DNA of 64,000 nucleotides from assembly GCF_018350175.1 (NCBI RefSeq), contig NC_058375.1, positions 199,764,001 through 199,828,000 on the forward strand, written 5' to 3'. The notes under the pieces were generated by a model that was not told the DNA's origin, ran no database searches, and was given only the letters and a program-made list of their open reading frames with translations. This DNA comes from Felis catus (Eukaryota). The position numbers were made by a program, and so were the translations under genes. Below, piece after piece: positions 54,186 through 64,000 of the stretch. Every line of letters starts with the position of its first letter. Within the stretch, counting starts at the first letter, position 1.

Positions 54186-54307
54186 AGGTTTCCATCTGAG
54201 AATGTACTTGGAAATGTGAGATGGCTCTGGTGCATTCCACTGGATGGGGTGAGAATTGGGCTGACTGGGGGTCTCAGTGATGATGACTTGGACAGGGCCA
54301 GTTGTGC
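54186..54307 (-). CDS. FN1: FN1 exon 13 (FnIII-1a)
   Basis: [41 protein letters not shown]; cag|GC...CCT|gtgagt; 122 nt. Confidence 0.98.
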
Positions 54308-55952
54308 CTGAAAATGAGAATGTGAGATTTGGTGATCTTGGGTATTTACTTGCTTCAACTTAAAGTTAGTGCACGTGGATGGCCATCATTAAAAGATAGT
54401 TTTGCTTATCAGTAAGGGTGAGTATAGTTAAAAAAAATTCTGGGATTACTTTTTTACATATTGTCCTTGGAAATCAATGCAATAAAATCCTTTTTAGTCA
54501 ATAAGTCATTTTCGTTCACATGAGAAATGCAAATAGAACTTGTTTATAGCAAATAAAATAAAATTTGAAAAATGCCTTAGTTTTATTTTGTCTCCATTTT
54601 CAAAATAAGAATTGAGAAAATTGCCAAACTACCCTAACCCAAATAAAGTAACAAAGAACCCAAACTCCCATTTATTTATCATACTAAGCTTCTTTAAAAC
54701 AAATTCTCATTTGTGAAGCTTTTCATCTAGAATGAATCCACCCACTAAGAAGGAAACAACATTCTAAAGGTCATATGACATGATATAAAACACCCATATT
54801 TCTAAATGGAGTAGAATCCCAGATGAATACACAAAAGCAGTAATTACAGGTTCAGTTTTATTTCTTATCAGCCTACGCATCCCATTAGGGAAAAAGTTTT
54901 CATTTTATTTTTACTTAGTAAGTATACTCTAAAATCATATCACTGATGGGCCACGTTATTAAGAGATCAAACTTTTTTTTTTTTGAAAAGCAATTATCAG
55001 CTGAAATGACAGGTTGAAGTATATACTAAATTCAGTATTTCCACATCTCAGTATGTATGATTGTTTCCTACAAAATTTAAAGTATGTTTTTTTAAAGAAA
55101 AAACAATATAAGGAAAATGGAATTAATTTCTTAATAGTGTAGACTCCACTTAGGATAATAATGAATTACCTAGAAAATTTATGCTTGCTGAGCAGAACAC
55201 ATCTTTTCCCTAAACACTGTCTTTTTCATGATGTCAATGTTCAACTTTTTTGAAATGAAAACAAAGTTTCTTGTCATAACCTTTCCAAGAATTTCTAACT
55301 GCCACTCTATCAAAGACAGCAAAATTTTGCAAGTTTAGTAAAGTATTTCACCAGATTGTTAACAGATTTAGGTTTTCTGAAAGCTCTTAGGAAAAAAAAA
55401 TATTGATTTTCAAACCTAATTATCTTTGCTGTCAAATTCTCTTTGAAAACAAAGTTTTCTATAGGAGAACAAATATATAACTTGCATCTCTGTGTAGACT
55501 TAAAAGTTTTACAATAATATGCTCACTTCCACACTGAGAATAATTCAAAGTGGTTGAAAACTAACAAGTTAAGATTCTTTGAATCTTAATTTCATTTAAT
55601 GCACCTATTTCTAAGCCACATAAATATCAAAATCCATGTACAGAATTCTTAGTTTTCTATAATTCCATGTCACTCTTTGAATTACTCCTTCTGTTCATGA
55701 AGCTCCTCAAAAATACAAATAAATTTTTAAAGACAAATGGTGAAGCAAAATGTTAGAGATGTGACTTCTGTGAACATCAGTAAATACAGGAATATCAGGT
55801 CCTTAAATTATTTACAATAATTGGCATAAGGTTGTTCAAATATCAGTCCTTTAAGGAATTCCTACTATAATTTCCTTAGGTAAAGAGACCTCTGATATGT
55901 ATATTATTTAGTTTGGCAGTCATGATTTTGAGGGAGGAAAAGGTTTATGATG

Positions 55953-56189
55953 CCATAGAATGTACAACACCAAGAGTGATCCTTCATGTAAACCAAAGAC
56001 CTGGGGTGAAAATGGTGTCTTGATGCAGGTTTATTGATTGTAACAAATGCACTGCTTGGGTCGGAATGTTTGTAATAGGGGAGGCTGGGCATGTGTGGGG
56101 CAGGGGCTATACGGGAAGCTCTGTATCTTCCTTTCAATTTTTGCTGTGAACCTAAAACTGCTCGAAAAAAAATTAGCTTTTAATTAAAA
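55953..56189 (+). mobile_element. Old L1M (L1MC-like) 3' end with preserved TSD
   Basis: catagaatgtacaacaccaagagtga...gctgtgaacctaaaactgctc; TSD gaaaa(g/a)gtttatgatg at 55937-55952 and 56190-56205. Confidence 0.85.
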
Positions 56190-57947
56190 GAAAAAGTTTA
56201 TGATGGTTGAATGTCTATTAAGTTTTAGAAAGACAAGACAAATGACAATTACTGTCCACCTTTAACCCTAATCCTGTTCCTGGGTCCACAAGGTAATAAA
56301 CGAGAGGGGAGGGAAACAAAAAAGGTGACTCACTCATTTTTACCTCAGTGATGGAGCAAAACTACAGAAGTTTTTTCTCTTTCTAAACTTTCAAGCACTG
56401 ATTTGAAATTGTAGGTTTTAAATTTTAGGCTTGTACCATAGACCACTGAACATCAGTGTGGATTTCATGCATTTAGTGTATTTTTTATCAGAAAGTAAAG
56501 AGCCCGTGTCCATCATTTGTAAGGCCAACTAAATTCTGGTTACCACCAGACTTGAATCTACATATGATTTGAAGACAGGACATCTGAAAATTCTGACATC
56601 ATTTACATTGGTTAGATTTGGTAAAACTAAAATTAACCTAACTGGTATATACTAGCAATTACCAGTAAAAACCTTACTCCCTCTCTTATTCAATCTGGTC
56701 AGGCTAACCATAAAATAGTTAAGTAAAGATATGACACAATGTGTATGCTTTTAAAATCAGTTTAAAATAAGGCCGAAATGAATCATTTCCAGGAACGATG
56801 ACCCTGGGGAAGTTAAATATTTATGAGTTTGTGACTCAGTCCTTTTTTCTCTATTTTGTTTGCTGAGATCTGTGCTTCCCTGGCTGTTTATTGACAAACC
56901 AAATGCCTCTTATCTTCTCTGAGTTTGAACAACTCCACCAAATCCTCTGTAGACGGGAGCAAACAGGGCAAGGCTCAGAGACAGTCTACTGGTCATCTGT
57001 GGTTCCTTTATTCTCCCCAACCTCATGAAGCCCCGCGCGCTAGGCATGAACCACTGAGCAAACCAGGCATGGAGATAAGCACCCAACCACGTACTGAGGG
57101 CAAACACCAATCCCCTCTCCAAATCTCCTTCTCTGTGTTCCCTGAGCATTCTTCTTACCCTTTTTAAAAAATAGGAACAAAGTCAACAAGTAAACTCCAA
57201 AGCAGAAGGCTTCCTTCCCATGTAGATTTCACCCCTGTCCGGTTCACCTAAATGCTTCCAGCGAGCAGTTTTGTGAATAGGCTCATTGTAAAAGGGTGAG
57301 AAAAATTTTTTTCTCTAAATCATTGAGGGTGATTTTCAACAAGTTGCCACAACAATAACAACCATAAACATAGAAACTCAGGAGCATTTCTTTAGAAGGC
57401 TCTACCCTTTAGTTGCCTCATTAAAGGAAAAAATATATATATATAATTTCTGAACTTAAGGTTCTTCTGCAATCAGATATTTTAAACGTTATTAAATAAA
57501 AAATATATATTTTAAGTGATTCCTACACCTAAATTCACCATGAATACAATTTAAGAGCCAGGTCAATTTGTGCTGTGAGCTTGTTTAAGCAAAGTCACCT
57601 TGTACGGCCCTGGCAGTGACTGAGGACTGGGGAGAGCAGTGTTTCTTCCGAGTTTGTTGGAAGGGTGTATCTGGACGGTTAGTGTTTAGGATCAGAGATT
57701 GTTAGGTTGTTTGTGCAGAAGGAACTTTAAAGGCAATCAACTTTAATATCCCCATTTTACAGATGAGAAACTAGTGAGTGAAGCTTGACATGGAACTCTT
57801 TCACAGCCTATAGCCAGGACCCATGTCTTGGCAAACTCTACCTTTGGCCAAATTGTTCCATATCCTGTTGTCTGTGATAGCGAATATGTGTAATAAGAGA
57901 TACTAATCTCTTATGACATTATGGAGGGATTTAGTTTACTTAATCTT

Positions 57948-57963
57948 TTTCTCTTTGTTTATT

Positions 57964-58004
<41 letters not shown>

Positions 58005-58163
58005 ACAAGCAGGGAAGGGGCAGAGAGAGAGGGGGACAGAAGATACCAAGAAGACTCCTCACTGATAGCAAAGAGTCTGACATGGGCCTCAAACTCACAA
58101 ATCATGAGATCATGACTGGAGCCAAAGGCAGACACTTAACTGACTGAGCTACCCAGGTGTCCC
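57948..58163 (-). mobile_element. Can-SINE
   Basis: TSD tagtt(t/c)acttaatctt. Confidence 0.92.
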
Positions 58164-59022
58164 TAGTTCACTTAATCTTAATTTCTGTCATAGGCAGAAT
58201 CTGATGCTCTCCCAACTTCTTTTTGTTTCTGAATGTGGCCCATGTTTCAGGTCTAAGGGTAACAGAGGCCTAGGAGGCTTTGCAGCTTAGTAGTTGCTCA
58301 AATAACTGGTGCCTAAAAATTTGAGCTTCATAATTCACTGTGTCTTATTATAATCACTCAGTGAAAATTAAATTTAAAAAATGTTTTTTTTGTCTAAAAT
58401 GAATTAATCACACCTCCAGCTAGGCATTATGTCCTGTGACCTAAAAAAAAAAAAAAAAAAAAAAAAACGAACCCAGCAATAAACATTTGAGAATATTTGA
58501 ACTGCGTAGGCAGAAAATTGACCAAATTACTCAACTGTTGACCCAGGATACTTTGTTCTAGACTCCAACTGATCAAACAAATGAAAATTTTGACACAAAG
58601 AAGCCCCAGATGAAATGGTGAGCGAACACACATACCCTATATTGTATTTCACATAATCTCTCTAGGCAACCTTTCTGTTAAGAGCCGTAACATACAACCC
58701 CACACGTTACCTCCAGTATAGTTCACAGTATGGTTTCTATTTCCACGTGGGGACGTGAGATGAAATTAGCCAGAGTGTTTTAACCTAATGGAACGCTCTA
58801 CAGTGTTCAGAAACAAATTTACACACAGGCACATTTTCACAGCTGAGCACACCTTTAACTTGATGGAGGAGAAAGGAAAATTATTTTAGTCAAAAATCTG
58901 ATTATTAGAGACAAGAGAAAAAGATAGAAAATAGAGAGGAGGCCAATGCAGGCATCAGAGTATTAAAAACACTGATGCTGCTCTGTTTTGGAAACTCCGT
59001 TAAAGACTCTCAGTTTGCATTA

Positions 59023-59232
<210 letters not shown>

Positions 59233-59261
59233 TTAATTTCAGTGTGCTAGACCATATATTA

Positions 59262-59487
59262 TTTTTTTTAAATTTTTTAAGGTTTATTTATTTTTGAGAG
59301 ACAGAGAGAGACAGATCATGAGCAGAGGACATGCAGAGAGAGAGAGAGGGAGACACAGAATCCAAAGCAGGCTCTCGGCTCTGAGCTGTTAGCACAGAGC
59401 CCGATGCGGGGCTCAAACCCATGAACTGTGAGATCATGACCTGAGCCAAAGTTGGATTCTTAACCGACTGAGTCACCCAGGCGCTCC
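59262..59487 (-). mobile_element. Can-SINE (Fc-type)
   Basis: Ends gagtcacccaggcgctcc. Confidence 0.93.
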
Positions 59488-59498
59488 TATATTCTTTA

Positions 59499-59722
59499 AA
59501 AAACATTTTTTAATGCTTATTTATCTTTGAGAGAGAGAGAGAGAGAGAGACAGAGTGTGAGTAGGGGAGGGGCAGAAAGAGAGGGAGATACAGAATCTGA
59601 AGTAGGCTCCAGGCCCTGAGCTGTCATGTCAGCACAGAGCCTGATGCAAGGCTCAAACCCACAAACTATAAGATCATGACCTGAGCTAAAGTTTGATGCT
59701 CAACCAACTGAGCCCAGACGCC
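59499..59722 (-). mobile_element. Can-SINE (Fc-type)
   Basis: Abuts the previous copy; ends gagcccagacgcc. Confidence 0.92.
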
Positions 59723-59794
59723 TCCCCCTCCTTTTTTGTAAATTTTCAGACCGTATATTCTTAATTTTAATGGAAACTTGCAACTGTCCTTACA

Positions 59795-59869
59795 TTTAAA
59801 AAAAATTTAATGTTTTTTATTTTTGAGAGAGAGAGAGAAACAGAGCATGAGCTGGGGAGGGGCAGAGAG
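59795..59869 (-). mobile_element. 5'-truncated Can-SINE (tail only)
   Basis: Perfect 15-bp TSD gcaactgtccttaca at 59780-59794 and 59870-59884. Confidence 0.9.
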
Positions 59870-60000
59870 GCAACTGTCCTTACAAATATATGTGGTTACA
59901 AAATGTTTTGTTCATATCTTTTACCTTACAGAGCAATTAGTAGTAGTAAAAAAAAAGTACCCATTGGGAGAAATGTTTAGCTTTCTAAAAAAATATTTCT

Positions 60001-60220
60001 TTTTAAATTTATTTTTATTTTTTTCAAGTTTTATTTATTTTTGAGAGAGACAGCATGAGTTGGGGAGAGGCAGAGAGAGAGGGAGACACAGAATCTGAAG
60101 CAGGCTCCAGGCTCCGAGCTGTCAGCACAGAGCCCAATCCGGGGCTCAAGCTCACAGACCATGAGATCATGACCTGAGCTGAAGTCAGACACTTAACTGA
60201 CTGAGCCACCCAGGCGCCCC
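60001..60220 (-). mobile_element. Can-SINE (Fc-type)
   Basis: Ends gagccacccaggcgcccc. Confidence 0.94.
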
Positions 60221-61027
60221 AAAAAAGACGATATTTCTAAATAAAAAATTTATGATTTAGATTTCAGTATATACTGACATTCTGAATATCAATTTTGGAA
60301 CAATAAATTAGATATTATATTTAACCTATATTGATGCACTGACTTACCGTTTGAATAGTAAGAACAAAGGATCACTTTATATACCTCTTTAAATTTTCGA
60401 GTGCCTAATTTTACATGCACATGGATGAACTAGATTTTAACAACGACTACTTGCTGAGCAGTTTCTAAAAAAATACCTCTCAGGCTTCTCTCTCAGCTTT
60501 CATAATCTCATGTCAAACAAACTCATCTGATCAGTTTGTTTTCGTGGTGAGCAACAGGTCTCCTTTGGTAAGGGAATATTAATGGATTACCTTAAGGCTG
60601 GCCACGCAGCTCTTTTAAGGCTCAATCTTCACTATTTGCTTAGATCTATTATAAAGGGCAGCCAAGAAAAATAAAGTATTTGGAAGGAGGTATTTACTGG
60701 CATGCTCACTTGCCCGCGTTATTGCACAGTCAGCAAAGGAAAGTTCTCTTTCATAACATGGATTCTCTTTATGATTCAGAACCAAAGAACTAATTCCATT
60801 CCATTAAAATAAACCTGCATGTGTTACCAAACTCAACAAAAATAGATAACTGTCACTATCAAACTGGTATCTTGGTCTATGATTAGAGAAAAGACTTTGC
60901 AAAGCTCTCTGCAAGCCATTGATCAAAGTCTGGAGTCAACTTCCATTATGTAATATCAAATGGCTCTCCTTATCTGAAACTTGTTAACTAGTCCCAGTGT
61001 CCAAAACCTCCTAGAGACATGAGGCTA

Positions 61028-61165
<138 letters not shown>

Positions 61166-61724
61166 TTAGGAGACAGTGGGATGGTGGAGAACTTTTTTAA
61201 GTTTCACGATGAGATAAAAAAATAAGCATACAGTTTTTTTCCCACTAAATTACCAACACCTCCCACAAAAATAACTTTTCTACTAGCATAGAAAGAACAT
61301 TTTTTCAAACCTTAGTCAGGAATACAGGATTTGGAAAAAAAAATTCTCTGTCTTATCAACTTTTTTATAAACTTAAATATCAGAGGTCAAAGTCTATACA
61401 ACTAAGTAAAGAATGTGGTAAAATACACCTTCCTGTGGAAAGGTAATTTTTAAACAAATACATGTTTTACTTTTGGAAAAGTTCTTGCTAATTTGATAAT
61501 GTCCTTTAGATCTCTGCGTGCTATGAGAAATAGAAGGAAAATTAAGCATACTTATGGAGTACCCAGCATGGTGTGATGGTCTGATCTCTGGAATGGCTGG
61601 GGTGGGGAGATATTTGGATTTGGGAAATAAAATAACATTGATGGCATTTGTGAAATTAAAAACAAAATAAAACAAAACACAAGAGTAGGCCAACTGTGTT
61701 CCAAACTCTCTGAAAGATCCTGAG

Positions 61725-61810
61725 AAAATTACTTTCCCTTTTTGGGTCTCAGCTCCTTCCTCTGTAAAATGAAGAGTTAGTCTGTATGTCTTTCCTTTCT
61801 GTTCTGCAAC
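61725..61810 (+). mobile_element. MIR fragment
   Basis: tgggtctcagctccttcctctgtaaaatgaagagttag. Confidence 0.5.
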
Positions 61811-62422
61811 ATCATGTGGAATTATTATTACTCTGGTATTGTGTTACCCACAAAAGGAGAACAAGTTCAGGCCAAGGTCAGCACACCAGTTATATGGACT
61901 ATTTATTGGTTTAGAGTTGTACCTAAATCATACTCTTCAAATCAAAGAAACAGAAGTACCAACATGGTTTTCATAAATCGATATCCCTATATTATATCCC
62001 AGGATCCAAGGGAAAAAAATATTGAGCTGAGCAAAAGAAATAGGTCTCTCTGATTGTCACCTTCAATTTGGATCTGCAAGGATCTGTTTTTAGAATAGCG
62101 AAGTCTCTTTTCTTTACAGAAATTATTCAATCTTTTCTAGACATGAATCCAATGGTGTAACTAAAAGCTAACAGGATCAAATAATTGTGTTCTAGCCTTT
62201 GAAGTCATCTTCTCAGCCTAAGTACTTACATCCTGGGAATGTTTCAAATTTTAGAAGTGCTCTTCCAGCTTCTCTCCACTGGCTGCCTAACATGACAAAC
62301 CTATCTAGCACGGTAGACTGATGGCATGGCGTCACACATTTCCCCTCCTGCTTTTGGAAAGTACAAATGTCCACAAAACTTGGTCCTCTCTGCAGTCTCG
62401 GTCCTTTCACATGCTCTCATTA

Positions 62423-62713
<291 letters not shown>

Positions 62714-63464
62714 TCAGGGCTACTCTCTGCATGTGTAGAGTTTTAAGTACCAGAGGGAGCAAACATAGTCCACAGGTGAAGTATGTTGTAGGGAATAATT
62801 ACAGGAAAGGTTGAGGGATGTTAAACCACAATAATGCCTACACATTCATGTAGAGGGTTTGCATTGTTGTAGAAGACTGATGTTGACTACTGCCTCATAA
62901 TTTTTTCTACTTCCAGCTTATTCTATCCTGAAGGGAAACTATGCATTTGGGTATAGAATTGTAAGCTAAAGCATGTTTTTCTTCTAAATCCAACATTCTC
63001 TTGTGTTGAAAGAAATAAAAGTATAAGTAGTTTTCTTATGTTTCATGGCCTCACATTCCACAACATACGGTGCACGGCTTCTCAGTTCCAAAACTACAAG
63101 ATCAACTGTAACCTATGGCATTCTTGAAGTTTGAGAACAAAGAAAAGGTGTTGGCCCCCCTTTCTCTATCCTTACAAACTAGATCCCCCTTAAAAAAGAA
63201 AAGATCCCATACTTGAAAGAAAAGCAGAGTTTTGGTCATTTTGGTATTTAATAAGTGACCAGGCTTATTCTAATCAAACCAAAATTATGTTGTAAATATC
63301 ATGGGTCTGTGACTACAGCAGTTATGTATTAAATGTTGTAAGTTGTATGCTCTTTACAAATGACAAACCTGTAAAATATGTGCATTTTCAGACTTTAAAA
63401 AAAAGCATTTTTATTGCATTTATATGTTTTTGGAATTCAACTATATCGAAAGGATTTTACAATT

Positions 63465-63535
63465 ATATGAATGGTTATATAATATATAATAATTATATAT
63501 GATATTATATAAGTATATGTATATAAATATGTCTT
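63465..63535. repeat. AT-rich (TA)-like low-complexity tract
   Basis: ttatataatatataataattatatatgatattatataagtatatgtatataaatatg. Confidence 0.8.
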
Positions 63536-63612
63536 ACAAAGTTGCATGCTATCTGAAAATTAAGACTTAATGGGTAAAATAGGAGTAAACCGGACACTAT
63601 TCTTCTGTCTTA

Positions 63613-63981
<369 letters not shown>

Positions 63982-64000
63982 CTACCTCAGAAGAAAGGAT

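Overview
Mammalian genomic DNA, not microbial. Positions ~6.3-64 kb carry the 3' part of fibronectin 1 (FN1) on the minus strand. I located 38 coding exons (9-46 in human numbering), running from the second FnII module to the stop codon at 6987-6989. Every visible junction is GT-AG and phase-consistent. The exons total 6212 nt if the N-gapped EDA and EDB exons have their canonical sizes, which is the human length minus two single-codon deletions. About 28 Can-SINE copies of feliform type and a cat-type L1 3' end point to a feliform carnivore. Bases 1-6.2 kb are repeat-rich intergenic DNA. I found no convincing new biological system. The strongest leads concern FN1 isoform control. (1) All four N-gaps fall on the most conserved regulated parts: EDB, EDA, the V region and the poly(A) region. 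(2) The last splice acceptor is duplicated, and the upstream copy could give a monomeric fibronectin lacking both dimerisation cysteines. (3) A D-to-G change creates an in-frame cryptic donor in exon 42. (4) The V region has RGDV instead of REDV and lacks the human internal donor. (5) The 3'UTR has four miR-200b/c/429 seed sites. (6) There is an MSF-like intron read-through tail. Comparisons with human or other species rely on recalled sequence and need alignment to confirm.
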